From a virus: a stretch of 64,000 bases of DNA. A model generated the notes under the pieces. It was given only the letters and a program-made list of their open reading frames with translations, searched no databases and had not been told where the DNA came from. The stretch lies in the IMG/VR virus record IMGVR_UViG_3300029787_000003, positions 37,218-101,217 of that record, one strand, 5' to 3'. Position 1 is the first letter of the stretch; the number at the start of each line of letters is the position of its first letter. The translations under genes and the position numbers were made by a program. Below, one piece after another: positions 18,376-29,334 of the stretch.

Positions 18376-21300
18376 ATGCCTCTGAATAAATTAGATAATT
18401 TTATAAAGAATACTGAAGGCCGTATTCTTTATGTGAGTCCAAGCGATTTAGACTCAACAGACAGTATTAGTAATGAAGGTAATTCTCTTGCTAGACCATT
18501 TAAGACCGTTCAAAGAGCACTGCTAGAAGCGGCTAGATTTTCATATGTCAAAGGAAGAAGTAATGATGAGATAGCTAAAACCACTATAGTATTATATCCT
18601 GGTGAGCATATTATTGATAATAGGCCAGGTTATAGAATCTATAATGAAGGTGGAGTTGCTAAAGTTCAACCAGCTGGTGGTGGAACAGTATCTAATGCAT
18701 TAACAACTTTAGACTTAAACCTAACAAGTAATTTTGATTTAACACAAGAAGATAATATACTTTATAAGTTCAATAGTGTTTATGGTGGTCTTATTCTACC
18801 TAGAGGAACATCTATTGTTGGTATGGATCTTAGAAAAACTAGGATAAGACCTAAGTATGTTCCAAATCCAACTGATCCTAATGTAGCTGGTTCAACAATC
18901 TTCAGAATGACTGGTACTTGCTATCTATGGCAGTTCAGTTTATTTGATGGAGATGATTTAGGATTAGTATATACAGACCCAGCTAACTTTAGTAAAACAG
19001 CAAGTCCAATATTCTCACACCATAAATTATCATGTTTTGAATATGCTGATGGTGTAAATTATGTAACTCTTGGTAATACCACATATGATATTACAGACCT
19101 TGATATGTATTACGCTAAGATAGGTAATGCATATAATGTAGGTTCTGGAAGAGAAATTGAAAATACTCAGAAATATCCAACAGATCCTCTTGCTTTCTCA
19201 CCACAAAGACCAGAATTTGAAATTGTTGGTGCTTTTGCTGCTGACCCTATTACATTAACAAGTATTAGAGCTGGAGACGAGGCTGGTGTAACTAACGTAG
19301 TTACTGCAAAAACTTCAAGAGCTCACGGGTATCAAGTAGGTACTCCTATTAAAGTAAGAGGAGTTACTCCAACAAACTATAATATATCAGCTACAGTTAC
19401 TGGTGTAAGTAATAGTGATAATACAGTATTTACATATACATTACCAAATCCACCACTAACTCTGATTCCAGGTAATACTTCAGCAGCAACAGTAACAGTT
19501 GAAACTGATACTGTACAAGGTGCATCACCATATGTGTTTAACTGTTCTATGCGTTCAGTATATGGTATGAATGGTATGAACATTGATGGCTCAAAGGCCA
19601 CAGGATTCAGATCCATAGTTGTTGCTCAGTTTACGGGAATATCACTACAGAAAGACGATAGAGCATTTGTAAAATATAATCCAGTTGCTAGATCTTATGA
19701 TGGAATATCCTTAGGATCACCAACTGAAGGAGCAGCATTGGCGGCTGAATCATCTGCAACTGCAACAGGAGAAGCATACCATTTAGATTCATCTGCAATT
19801 TATAGAAGAGGATGGGAAACAAGTCATATTAAACTTACTAATGATGCTGTTGCTCAGGTTGTTTCTGTTTTCGCTATTGGATTTGCGAATCATTTCCTTA
19901 CAGAGAGTGGTGCTGACCAATCAATTACAAACTCAAACTCAAACTTTGGACAATTATCTCTTGTTTCTGATGGATTCAAGAAAGATGCATTCCAGAAAGA
20001 TAATAAAGCATTTCTTACTTCTATCATTCCACCAAGAAAGATGGAAACAACCAGTAAAGATCTTGACTGGTTAGCTATTGATAAGGCCAAAACACTTGCT
20101 GTTGCTGATACTGCTAAGTTATTCCTAGATGGATATACAAGTGCTGATATTTTACCACCTGTTAATACTCAGGGTTTCAAAATTGGTGCAAAGATAGGAG
20201 ATATTTTATATCTACTTGCAGGAGGTTCAGAAAGAACTGCACAAATTTTAATGCCTGATGGTAGTAGTTCTGTAAAAGAATATAGAGTAACTGGTGTTGA
20301 TGAATTACTTGATACATTCACTATTGGAAATAATACATTAGATACTGGTGAAAAAGTTGTTATTACCAGTGATGACGGTGATTTACCAGAGAACATATCA
20401 AATACAGAACTGTATTATGCTGTTAGAGCTGGTAGTACTGATATTAAGTTGGCATCATCTGAAGCAGATGCTATTAGTGGAAAGACAATTGATATAGCTG
20501 GTGGAACTAATCTTAGAATATTCTCAAGAGTATCTGATAAACTTTCTGGAGATTTAGGTCACCCAGTACAATTTGATGCTATTGAAGGTCAATGGTATGT
20601 TAATACTAATAATAGTAATGTTGCTGGTGGAATATACAATGCTTTAACTATTTCTGGATTAATACCAGAAGATGTCACTACTGCTTCTTTCATCAAGAGA
20701 ATTGATGATACAAGAAGTTTAGATGAAAAAGTTTATAAGATAAGGGTTGTAGTACCTAAGGAACTACAAAATGCTAAGAACCCAGAAAATGGATTTGTAA
20801 TACAGGAATCAAGTAGTACAGGTGCTAGATCTGACGCAGACTTTACCTTTAATAATACTTTAACAGGTGATGATTATGAATTTGAAAAGAATCCAAGATT
20901 CATTGCTACATGTACTTCCTCATCTTCAACTGGTATATGCTCTATTAGATCTGAATTACCACATAACTTAAATGTAAACGATACTGTTATTGTTAAGAAC
21001 GTAACTGATAGTGTTAACGTTACTGGTACTGCTAATACAGGATATAATGGAACATATAAAGTATTGACTGTGCATAATTCCATGGAATTTGCATATCAAC
21101 CTGTTACTGTACATGGTCTTCAATCCACAAATGATACAGCAATAAGGACTGTATCATTACCTAGATTTGAAAAGAATAATTTACAGACAAACCTCTACAT
21201 CTATAGAGCTCTAAAGATTTCGAATTATATTCAAGATAAGCAAGATGGAGTTTATCACATTTATGCATTATCATCAGACCATAAGATTGATTCTGAGTTT

Positions 21301-24009
21301 ACTGACTATGGATATAGTCAAAACGTATCTGATTTATATCCACAGTTAGATAGAGATAATCCAAATGATAACCCTCCAGCATCAAAATCTTTTGCTTTAA
21401 GATCTCCTATTGGTGATGTTTCAACTAATGATCTTAAAAAGAGTTTAACTAGAGAAAGTACTGACTCCTTTATTAAGGCTTTGGGTGTAGGTGTTACTGT
21501 ATTAACTGCTCCAACTGGTGCAAACCCAACAATAACCTTTAGTAGATCTCATGGATATGCAGGTATTGTAACTGGAACTGTATCAAATCAGGGTAATAGT
21601 TATGCCGATGGAACATATTTCAACATAAAATTATTAAATTCCTCAATAAGTGGCCCTTGGAGGGGTGCTACTGCTAGAGTAAGTATTGCTTCTAGTCAAA
21701 TTACCAATGTAGATATTCAATCAAAAGGTGCTGGATATGCGGCTGGTGATTTATATTTCGATCCAACATTTATTGGTGGTGATGGAACTGCTAGATATAC
21801 AATTACAAATGCAGGTATTACATCTGCTATTAATAACGTAGCACAGTTTACTGGTATTGGTGTAACAGAAGATCAGTACCTAAGAATAACTGGTGTTACT
21901 AACGATACTCAGATCACTGTTGCTAAAGTTGCTAGTGGCCCTGAGTTACAGGCAGGTCAGTATGTATTCAATACTGGTAGAGCAGTAGAAATAAACAGTA
22001 CTACTTTTGATGTTACCTCTGGAATAACAACATTTGCTTGTGCAAACAGTCATGGTTTGACTGCAGGTAATAGTTTCTCAATAGTTGATGGTAGTAATAA
22101 TGGATTAGGTTCATATGTGGTTAACTCTGCTGTAGGTGTTACTACATTCAATGCAGTGACTACAACTGCTGTAGGAACTCCTGCATATGCATTTAAACAT
22201 GGTCTTTCATCTAACGAAAAACTTTCAGATAGGTCTAATGAGAATATAAGTGCACGTACAATGCCTATCTTAGATAGTGAAAGTGCAACTACTATTGATT
22301 CAATTCCATCAAGTGGTATTACTACAGTTGCGGTAACAGGTGTTGATAACATAATTGATAGATTCCCATATGGTTCTTATCTACAAATTAATAGTGAGAT
22401 AATGAGAGTTGCTTCCAAGACTATTGTTGGAAGTGATCAACTTCAAGTTATTAGAGGTGTATTTGCAACAGGAATTCAAACACATACTGCTGGTTCTGTA
22501 ATTAGAAAGATTAAACCAGTACCTGTTGAATTTAGAAGACCATCTATTCTTAGAGCATCTGGTCATACATTTGAATATCTTGGTTACGGGCCAGGAAACT
22601 ACTCAACTGCACTTCCACAGGTTCAGGACAGAACACTTACTGAGAAGGAAGAATTCTTAGTTCAGTCACAAGAAAAATCTGGTGGTGTTGTTGTTTATAC
22701 TGGTATGAACAATAAAGGTGACTTCTATATTGGAAACCAGAAGAAATCATCTGCTACTGGTGAGGAGACAACATTTGATACTCCAATTCCAACTGTAACT
22801 GGTGAAACACCTGCAAGATTAAGTGCTGTATTTGATGAAGTAACTGTTAAAGAAAGAATAGTTGTTGAAGGTGGTGACTCTGGAGACATTCTATCTTCCT
22901 TTGATGGCCCAACTACATTCAATAAGAGTGTTAAAATTAATAATACTCTAAAAGTAACAAGTCAAACTCAGTTAGTTAGCACTCTTGATTCAACCAGTAA
23001 AGAATCAGGTTCTCTTGTAGTTTCTGGTGGTGTTGGTATTGGTAGTAATCTCTTTGTTGCTGGTGAGAACGTTGCAATCTCAACTGTAACTGGTGCACTT
23101 ATTGTAGAGAAGGGTGGTGTTGGTATCGCTAAGAGTCTACATGTTGGTGAAGGTGGTTACTTTGCTGGTATTGTATCTGCTACATCATTCTTGGGTGATG
23201 GTTCTACTTTAACTAATATTGATATTCCTGGTGGTTCAATAGGTACTGTATTCTATGATGGTAATTTGATTGGTTTCGGTGCAAGTACTGGAACTCCTGA
23301 TTTACAAATTGGCCATGATTCTGCACACTCTATAATTAGAGAGACTGGTACAGGAAATCTGTACATACAAAGTGATGGTAATGTTAATATTAGTAACACG
23401 GATGCAACTAAGGTCTCTGCTTATTTTGATACTGATGGAGCTGTAACACTTAACCATAACAACTCACAACGATTTAAGACTTACTCAGGTGGTATTAGAG
23501 TTGGTGATCAAACTTCTAATGGAAACATAACGGCTTATGGTGATATCACTGCATACTATTCTTCTGATATAACATTAAAGGATAATGTTAATAATATTCA
23601 TGATCCTCTTGAAAAAGTATTACAGATTAGTGGTAATACATTTACTTGGAAAGAAAATGATGCTGGACATGAAGGTGAAGATACTGGTGTAATTGCACAA
23701 GAAATTGAAGCACTTGGACTACCAGGAGTTGTTGTTACCAGAGACAATGGTAAGAAAGCAGTTAAGTATGAAAAATTAGTTCCACTTCTTATTGAAGCAA
23801 TTAAAGAACTCAACTCAAAAGTTGAAAGACTTGCTGCTACACCAGATATCATGAATGCTGTAGGCATGATAAATGATATCACACAAGATAAAAATAGGAT
23901 GATGGAAGAGAGATTGGAAAGGCAAAACCAATCTAAGAAGGATACTGGAAATCCTAATCAAGGCCCTGTCGGATGGTCGGAACCAATTCCACCAAAAGAT
24001 GGAATATAA
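18376..24009 (+). CDS. Large tail fibre/spike protein (1877 aa) with C-terminal peptidase S74 intramolecular chaperone
   Basis: N-terminal NEGNSLARPFKT; GGVGI repeats; YYSSDITLKDN, FTWK, GVIAQEIE, VKYEKLVPLLIEAIKEL. Confidence 0.85.
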   Translation: MPLNKLDNFIKNTEGRILYVSPSDLDSTDSISNEGNSLARPFKTVQRALLEAARFSYVKGRSNDEIAKTTIVLYPGEHIIDNRPGYRIYNEGGVAKVQPAGGGTVSNALTTLDLNLTSNFDLTQEDNILYKFNSVYGGLILPRGTSIVGMDLRKTRIRPKYVPNPTDPNVAGSTIFRMTGTCYLWQFSLFDGDDLGLVYTDPANFSKTASPIFSHHKLSCFEYADGVNYVTLGNTTYDITDLDMYYAKIGNAYNVGSGREIENTQKYPTDPLAFSPQRPEFEIVGAFAADPITLTSIRAGDEAGVTNVVTAKTSRAHGYQVGTPIKVRGVTPTNYNISATVTGVSNSDNTVFTYTLPNPPLTLIPGNTSAATVTVETDTVQGASPYVFNCSMRSVYGMNGMNIDGSKATGFRSIVVAQFTGISLQKDDRAFVKYNPVARSYDGISLGSPTEGAALAAESSATATGEAYHLDSSAIYRRGWETSHIKLTNDAVAQVVSVFAIGFANHFLTESGADQSITNSNSNFGQLSLVSDGFKKDAFQKDNKAFLTSIIPPRKMETTSKDLDWLAIDKAKTLAVADTAKLFLDGYTSADILPPVNTQGFKIGAKIGDILYLLAGGSERTAQILMPDGSSSVKEYRVTGVDELLDTFTIGNNTLDTGEKVVITSDDGDLPENISNTELYYAVRAGSTDIKLASSEADAISGKTIDIAGGTNLRIFSRVSDKLSGDLGHPVQFDAIEGQWYVNTNNSNVAGGIYNALTISGLIPEDVTTASFIKRIDDTRSLDEKVYKIRVVVPKELQNAKNPENGFVIQESSSTGARSDADFTFNNTLTGDDYEFEKNPRFIATCTSSSSTGICSIRSELPHNLNVNDTVIVKNVTDSVNVTGTANTGYNGTYKVLTVHNSMEFAYQPVTVHGLQSTNDTAIRTVSLPRFEKNNLQTNLYIYRALKISNYIQDKQDGVYHIYALSSDHKIDSEFTDYGYSQNVSDLYPQLDRDNPNDNPPASKSFALRSPIGDVSTNDLKKSLTRESTDSFIKALGVGVTVLTAPTGANPTITFSRSHGYAGIVTGTVSNQGNSYADGTYFNIKLLNSSISGPWRGATARVSIASSQITNVDIQSKGAGYAAGDLYFDPTFIGGDGTARYTITNAGITSAINNVAQFTGIGVTEDQYLRITGVTNDTQITVAKVASGPELQAGQYVFNTGRAVEINSTTFDVTSGITTFACANSHGLTAGNSFSIVDGSNNGLGSYVVNSAVGVTTFNAVTTTAVGTPAYAFKHGLSSNEKLSDRSNENISARTMPILDSESATTIDSIPSSGITTVAVTGVDNIIDRFPYGSYLQINSEIMRVASKTIVGSDQLQVIRGVFATGIQTHTAGSVIRKIKPVPVEFRRPSILRASGHTFEYLGYGPGNYSTALPQVQDRTLTEKEEFLVQSQEKSGGVVVYTGMNNKGDFYIGNQKKSSATGEETTFDTPIPTVTGETPARLSAVFDEVTVKERIVVEGGDSGDILSSFDGPTTFNKSVKINNTLKVTSQTQLVSTLDSTSKESGSLVVSGGVGIGSNLFVAGENVAISTVTGALIVEKGGVGIAKSLHVGEGGYFAGIVSATSFLGDGSTLTNIDIPGGSIGTVFYDGNLIGFGASTGTPDLQIGHDSAHSIIRETGTGNLYIQSDGNVNISNTDATKVSAYFDTDGAVTLNHNNSQRFKTYSGGIRVGDQTSNGNITAYGDITAYYSSDITLKDNVNNIHDPLEKVLQISGNTFTWKENDAGHEGEDTGVIAQEIEALGLPGVVVTRDNGKKAVKYEKLVPLLIEAIKELNSKVERLAATPDIMNAVGMINDITQDKNRMMEERLERQNQSKKDTGNPNQGPVGWSEPIPPKDGI

Positions 24010-24012
24010 ATA
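24005..24012 (+). promoter_or_regulatory. T4 late promoter TATAAATA
   Basis: Exact match 19 nt upstream of 24032. Confidence 0.65.
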
Positions 24013-24031
24013 ACAATAAAGTCTAGGCTCA

Positions 24032-26023
24032 ATGGCAAATTATAATAAGTCATTTAATTTCAGAAATGGTGTACAGGTTGATAGTGATAACTTCATAGTC
24101 AACGCTAGTGGCTTGGTTGGAATTGGAACATCAGTTCCAACACGATTCCTAGATGTCCATGGAACTTCTGCTCTGCGTGGTCAGACGGATATTACTGGAG
24201 TAACAAGCACTGGTGCTTTACGTGTTGCAGGAATAGCTACATTTCATGGTGATGTTGGTATAGGAACCACAAATCCTACAGGTAATGCGTTAGTTGGAAA
24301 TACTAATGTACTTAATGTTGGTGTTGTAACTGCTAATTATTTCTTTGGTAGTGGTTTGTATATGGATGATATTGTCGGTTTTACAACCGATGGTTGGATT
24401 GTTCATCAGGCCAAAAATACTGTTGGTACAAGAACTGGTATTGCTACACACTTGAAGGTTGGTATTGGAACAACTGAGGCAGATAATGCTTTTGACTTAA
24501 TGATTGGACAGAATCCAACAAATGCTGGTGTAGAAGGTATTGGATTTATAGGAGAGACAGGAGATAGTTCAGGTTTTGGTAATCAAATAATAATGAGTGG
24601 CCAAATACAGGCAAACTCTTTTGTTGGTATTGGTACTGAGTTGACACAATTAAATGCAGATTATCTTGCAACTGGTACGATTAGTAATAATAGACTTCCA
24701 GTAATAGATAACACTAAGTTCCCTAATCCAACTATTCTTGATAGTGGTAATGGTACATTACGAGCTGAATTTGTACAATTAGGTGCAACAACAGGTGTTG
24801 TAACCGCAGGTATATTCACAGGTACATCTTCTAAATTCTATGGTGAGCATATTGGTGATGTAACTGGTAATGCTGATACTGCAACTACACTGAATAGTAA
24901 TTCAAATGTAAAAACCTCTGGAACATTAGATGCAAATTCCTTAGTTGGTGCAGGATTAAGTGTTTCTCAATCAATAGGACTTAGTACAACATCACCTAAT
25001 GGTGAATTGCATGTAGTTGGAGTTAATACAACTGATGCAGCTACTATACAAGTAACAAGCCCTGAGCAAGCATCTAAATTAATCTTAGGATTAAATGCTA
25101 ATGCACAGGATAATAACAATGGAGTCCTTCAGTTTGGTAATAGAAGTGCAGGGTTACCATATAGTCAACCAGGTTCACTAGATCTTATTAACTATAGTAC
25201 TGGTACTCATCAGGGTAATGTTAACTTCTATTGTGATGGTAGTGGTGTTGGACTTAATACAGGAAGTTTCTACTGGCATGGTGATGGTTCTACTAGATTA
25301 GCGGCTCTTACCTATGAAGGTAATTTTGGTATAGGAGTTACAGCTCCTCAACAGAAGTTAGAAGTCAATGGTATAGGTACATTTGTAAGTAGTCTGTTTG
25401 CTGGTTTTGATCTTCAAGTTGCTAATGATTTGAGGGTTGTTAGTGGTGTTGCATCTGCTCCTGCATTTATAGGAGATTTCTATGGTAAGGATGTAGGAAG
25501 TATCGTTGATATTACTTCTATTGGTTGTACAAACTTAAGTGTAACTGGTGTTACCACTATTCCTTACCTAACCATGGGTATAGGTGCTACTATGATTATT
25601 GGTGACCCAATCCAATTATTTCTTGGAGCTGCATCAGCGTCTTTAGTTGTCTCTGATGGTGGTGGAGATGGAGATAATGTAAGTTACTTTAAAGATGATG
25701 GTTATCTTGGTATTAAAACTGATTTCGATTTCTCAAATGAGGTAGCACCTGGTGCAACTGGACTTGCTGTTGGTAAAGGTGCAATTTTCCGTACATTCAT
25801 CGGTGTTGGTGAAACTAATCCAACAGCTGGTGTTGACTTCTCATGTGCTAGTGACGACATCACAAGAAGATTCATGGTGTTACCAAAACTTACTACTACT
25901 CAAAGAAATGCCTTATCTGGTGCAGCAGTCACTGATGGTGCCTTGATTTATAATATTACTACAGATCATTTGCAGTTTTATAATGGTAGTTCTTGGAGAC
26001 AAATACAGGATGAATCCGTATAA
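24032..26023 (+). CDS. Tail fibre / structural protein
   Basis: Repeated VGIGT(S/T)xP fibre motifs; C-terminal GALIYNITTDHLQFYNGSSW. Confidence 0.75.
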   Translation: MANYNKSFNFRNGVQVDSDNFIVNASGLVGIGTSVPTRFLDVHGTSALRGQTDITGVTSTGALRVAGIATFHGDVGIGTTNPTGNALVGNTNVLNVGVVTANYFFGSGLYMDDIVGFTTDGWIVHQAKNTVGTRTGIATHLKVGIGTTEADNAFDLMIGQNPTNAGVEGIGFIGETGDSSGFGNQIIMSGQIQANSFVGIGTELTQLNADYLATGTISNNRLPVIDNTKFPNPTILDSGNGTLRAEFVQLGATTGVVTAGIFTGTSSKFYGEHIGDVTGNADTATTLNSNSNVKTSGTLDANSLVGAGLSVSQSIGLSTTSPNGELHVVGVNTTDAATIQVTSPEQASKLILGLNANAQDNNNGVLQFGNRSAGLPYSQPGSLDLINYSTGTHQGNVNFYCDGSGVGLNTGSFYWHGDGSTRLAALTYEGNFGIGVTAPQQKLEVNGIGTFVSSLFAGFDLQVANDLRVVSGVASAPAFIGDFYGKDVGSIVDITSIGCTNLSVTGVTTIPYLTMGIGATMIIGDPIQLFLGAASASLVVSDGGGDGDNVSYFKDDGYLGIKTDFDFSNEVAPGATGLAVGKGAIFRTFIGVGETNPTAGVDFSCASDDITRRFMVLPKLTTTQRNALSGAAVTDGALIYNITTDHLQFYNGSSWRQIQDESV

Positions 26024-26026
26024 ATT

Positions 26027-27049
26027 ATGGCCTTACAAAGTTCTGGAGCAATTTCATATAGCAACATCAAAGATGAGTTTGGTCAACCAACCAATAAAAA
26101 TCTTGGTGCATATAGAATTACACAAAACGTTGGTGAATTATCAAATTTAGCACTAGATACTGGTATTCCTAAGTCTGGAGAAATAAAATTTAGTGATTTT
26201 TATGGTAAGCAATTAAATATTGTAGTTAACTTCCATAGTGGTGGTACTGTTACTAGACAAAATGCAAGAACTCAATACAATAATAATAATGTAACAGTTA
26301 TTGGTGGTTTTAGATCTAAACCTAGTGTTAATAGTACTGGGTGGCAAGGTGGTAAGAAGGTTATTATACATGTAAATAAATTAATTGGATCAGTTGTACA
26401 TAATAGTATTAATAGTAGAGTTGCCTTAAGAACTGGAGCATGGCAAAATGGTACCGATTTAGTTATTGATGTTGGTGGAGAAGGAAGAATATGGGGTGCA
26501 GGTGGTAAAGGTGGTGATGGTAGAACTAATCAAGGAACTGGTGAAAGTGGAAAAACAGGAACCAGTGCTTTAGGTATTGAATATGGTGGTGGAACAATTA
26601 TAAACATAGCAAATGGTGGACAAATTCATCGTGGATTTGGCGGTGGAGGAGGAGGTGGCGGTGGTCACCAATCTGATAAAGGATCACGTCGATACGCTAG
26701 TGGTGGCGGTGGTGGTGGCGGTCAAGGATATCCTGGCGGCCCACATGGAGATAGAGGTAATGGTGGTGCATTAGGTGGAAATGGTACTGATGGAAGTATA
26801 AGTGCTGCTGGTAATGGTGGTGGTGGAAGTAATAATGGTGGTGAGGCCGAAGGTGGTGGCGGTGGTGAAGGAGGTTGGACAGGAGATACCTCTGCTGATA
26901 ATGGTGGTGGTGGAGAAGATAGTAGCGGTGGAGCTGGTGGTGGTAATGGTTCTGCTATCCGAAGAACATCTGGTATTGCTTTAAACACTATAACTATGAA
27001 CAATACTAATAGAATTGATGGAGCTACAAATTCAACAGGAGTTACATAA
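26027..27049 (+). CDS. Glycine-rich adhesin, T-even gp38-like
   Basis: IWGAGGKGGDG, GFGGGGGGGG, SGGGGGGGQG poly-Gly blocks separated by variable loops. Confidence 0.6.
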   Translation: MALQSSGAISYSNIKDEFGQPTNKNLGAYRITQNVGELSNLALDTGIPKSGEIKFSDFYGKQLNIVVNFHSGGTVTRQNARTQYNNNNVTVIGGFRSKPSVNSTGWQGGKKVIIHVNKLIGSVVHNSINSRVALRTGAWQNGTDLVIDVGGEGRIWGAGGKGGDGRTNQGTGESGKTGTSALGIEYGGGTIINIANGGQIHRGFGGGGGGGGGHQSDKGSRRYASGGGGGGGQGYPGGPHGDRGNGGALGGNGTDGSISAAGNGGGGSNNGGEAEGGGGGEGGWTGDTSADNGGGGEDSSGGAGGGNGSAIRRTSGIALNTITMNNTNRIDGATNSTGVT

Positions 27050-27050
27050 C

Positions 27051-27079
27051 TTGCATTTACACGAGATCTGATATATAAT
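27051..27079 (+). promoter_or_regulatory. Sigma70-like promoter at the start of the oxygenase island
   Basis: TTGCAT-17 nt-TATAAT. Confidence 0.6.
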
Positions 27080-27102
27080 ACAAATAACTGTTGATATGTC
27101 TT

Positions 27103-27687
27103 ATGACCAGTGAGAGTGAATTAATTAGAAGATATAAAGGTGTCTTTTCAAAAGAGAGATGTAAGAAAATAATGAGACACTTAGATTACTTAGAGAATAA
27201 TAGTCTATTATTTTATGATAAAAGAAATCTTCATATGGAAGATCATCTAACTCTCAATGCAACTTTGGATTACGAGATAGATTTGACTGCAACTACGAGA
27301 GTAGCAGAAGAAATACTCCCAATGCTTAAAAAACCAGTTGATGAATACTTAGAGACTGTTAGTATTCTTAAATCAAGTAGATTCTTGTGCTATGATTGTA
27401 AGATAAAGAAAATCCCTCAAGGTGGAGGGTTTCATAATTGGCATTTTGAAAATGGTGTTATAGGTGCAACACCAAGAACTTTTGTGATACAAGTATATCT
27501 TAATGATGACTTTGAGGGTGGTGAGACAGAATTTTTATATCAGAATAGAAGAGAACAAGCAGTACAGGGTGATGTTTTAATTTTCCCTGCAGGATTTACA
27601 CATACTCATAGGGGTAATCCACCAATAGGAGGAACAAAATATCTTGCTACAACGTGGGCTATTATTCAACCACCTGATGATAATTAA
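27103..27687 (+). CDS. 2OG-Fe(II) oxygenase (prolyl-hydroxylase-like)
   Basis: GGFHNWHFE, YLNDDFEGGETEF, FTHTHRG. Confidence 0.85.
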   Translation: MTSESELIRRYKGVFSKERCKKIMRHLDYLENNSLLFYDKRNLHMEDHLTLNATLDYEIDLTATTRVAEEILPMLKKPVDEYLETVSILKSSRFLCYDCKIKKIPQGGGFHNWHFENGVIGATPRTFVIQVYLNDDFEGGETEFLYQNRREQAVQGDVLIFPAGFTHTHRGNPPIGGTKYLATTWAIIQPPDDN

Positions 27688-28385
27688 TGGCTCAAGTTTT
27701 TAATGTATTTCCAACTACGATAGTTGTTGATGTAATGCAGGGACATAACAAATATCTTGAAGATTTTGAAAAAGTATATCCAAAATATGATTATGCACCT
27801 GAGATACATGATAATGGATATGTTTATAACACCACTACGAGTGAAAACTTTGGTAATCCTTTATTACATACAGATAAAGAACTAGAGGATATGTTTGGTG
27901 AGATTGCTTATAATGTAAAAAAGTATATCTATGAGGTACTAGATTATAAAAGAATATTTAATATTGTTATTACTAAGAGTTGGTTATCTAGGTCTAGAAA
28001 ATCTGAAGATGAAATTGTTTGGCACGATCATTCTGCAAGTCAAATATCTTTTGTATATTATTTAAAAACACCACCAAATTCACACGTATTGAAGTTCCTT
28101 ACCCCTGATAATACTAATAGTGTGTTTAGAGGTAATAATACCAGTGAGTATAAACATGGTATTGAGAATTTTAATTTAGTAAATTCTTCTACATTCTTTA
28201 TAGAACCAGTAGCGGGAAGTTTAATTATGTTTCCAAGTAAAGTAAAACATTGTACACACTCAATAGATGATAATTTTGAGGGTGAAAGATTGGCTATCGT
28301 TGGTGATGTTACATTAGTATATAATCCTAATATTTTAGATTATTCTCAGGGATACATACATCCTAATTACTGGAAGGTTTATTAG
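27687..28385 (+). CDS. 2OG-Fe(II) oxygenase (TIGR02466-like)
   Basis: WHDHSASQISFVYY, MFPSKVKH, RLAI. Confidence 0.75.
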   Translation: MAQVFNVFPTTIVVDVMQGHNKYLEDFEKVYPKYDYAPEIHDNGYVYNTTTSENFGNPLLHTDKELEDMFGEIAYNVKKYIYEVLDYKRIFNIVITKSWLSRSRKSEDEIVWHDHSASQISFVYYLKTPPNSHVLKFLTPDNTNSVFRGNNTSEYKHGIENFNLVNSSTFFIEPVAGSLIMFPSKVKHCTHSIDDNFEGERLAIVGDVTLVYNPNILDYSQGYIHPNYWKVY

Positions 28386-28987
28386 TGTTTAGATTAAATG
28401 AAGAACTACAAATCATAAATTGCCCATCAAGTAGGCCTATCTTTATAATAGATGATTTCTATGAGAATCCAAAAGAAGTTGAGGATTATCTTTTTAATAG
28501 AAATTCTCCACTATGGAAAATAAATGATGCTGGAAGTAAGAATGGTGTATATTTTGAAGATAGAAGATTTTCTATCTATGATGAGAGACTACGAGAAGCA
28601 TATGATTACTTAAGTGAGTTGTGTGGGCAGAAATATTTTAGTTGTGATGTTAACACTAATATGACTCGCTTTACTAAAGATAGTTTTAATGACTACGAGA
28701 ATTGTATTTGGTGGCCACACAAGGATACTGGATATAATGGTATAGTATATTTTAGTGATGAATGTGGTACTTGTTTATATGAGGACTTAGGTGTAGATGG
28801 TTTTAGTATCGAACATCGTGAACCTTGGAGACTGAAGGAAAAATATAAAGTATTAGAAACACTTGTTCCAAAGTATAATCGTATGGTATTATTTGATGGT
28901 ATGATACCACACGGAATGAATATCTGTAGTGATAGATATTTTGGCGAGGAATATCGTAAAAACCAAGTATTTTTCTTTGATAAATGA
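28385..28987 (+). CDS. 2OG-Fe(II) oxygenase-like protein (DUF6445-like)
   Basis: IIDDFYENP, PHKD, YNRMVLFDG..PHG, R..QVFF. Confidence 0.7.
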   Translation: MFRLNEELQIINCPSSRPIFIIDDFYENPKEVEDYLFNRNSPLWKINDAGSKNGVYFEDRRFSIYDERLREAYDYLSELCGQKYFSCDVNTNMTRFTKDSFNDYENCIWWPHKDTGYNGIVYFSDECGTCLYEDLGVDGFSIEHREPWRLKEKYKVLETLVPKYNRMVLFDGMIPHGMNICSDRYFGEEYRKNQVFFFDK

Positions 28988-29334
28988 AATCAATTTTTAA
29001 AATATCACATTATTATCCAGAAACTAATCAGATTACTATTAGATTCTGTAGATTACACGCACCTAAAAATATTGATGAATATAGACCTATTAGTCTTGAT
29101 CTAGGTGAAGAATTAGATTTGTATGATATAGAAACATTCACTCAAAGTATCATGAGAAAGGCTGGAGAGAAGTGGATTGAAAAACATGAAGATTCTGAAG
29201 AGTTATTGTTTGAGAATATACCAGAGACTCCTAAAGGTAGATTTAATATAGAAGATTTAGTGGGTAAAGTTATCTCATGCGAGACTTATAAACAAAGTAG
29301 AGAAGCAATTAAAATGAGGAAGATTGAATTATGA
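28984..29334 (+). CDS. Hypothetical protein
   Basis: 116-aa ORF overlapping both neighbours. Confidence 0.6.
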   Translation: MKSIFKISHYYPETNQITIRFCRLHAPKNIDEYRPISLDLGEELDLYDIETFTQSIMRKAGEKWIEKHEDSEELLFENIPETPKGRFNIEDLVGKVISCETYKQSREAIKMRKIEL

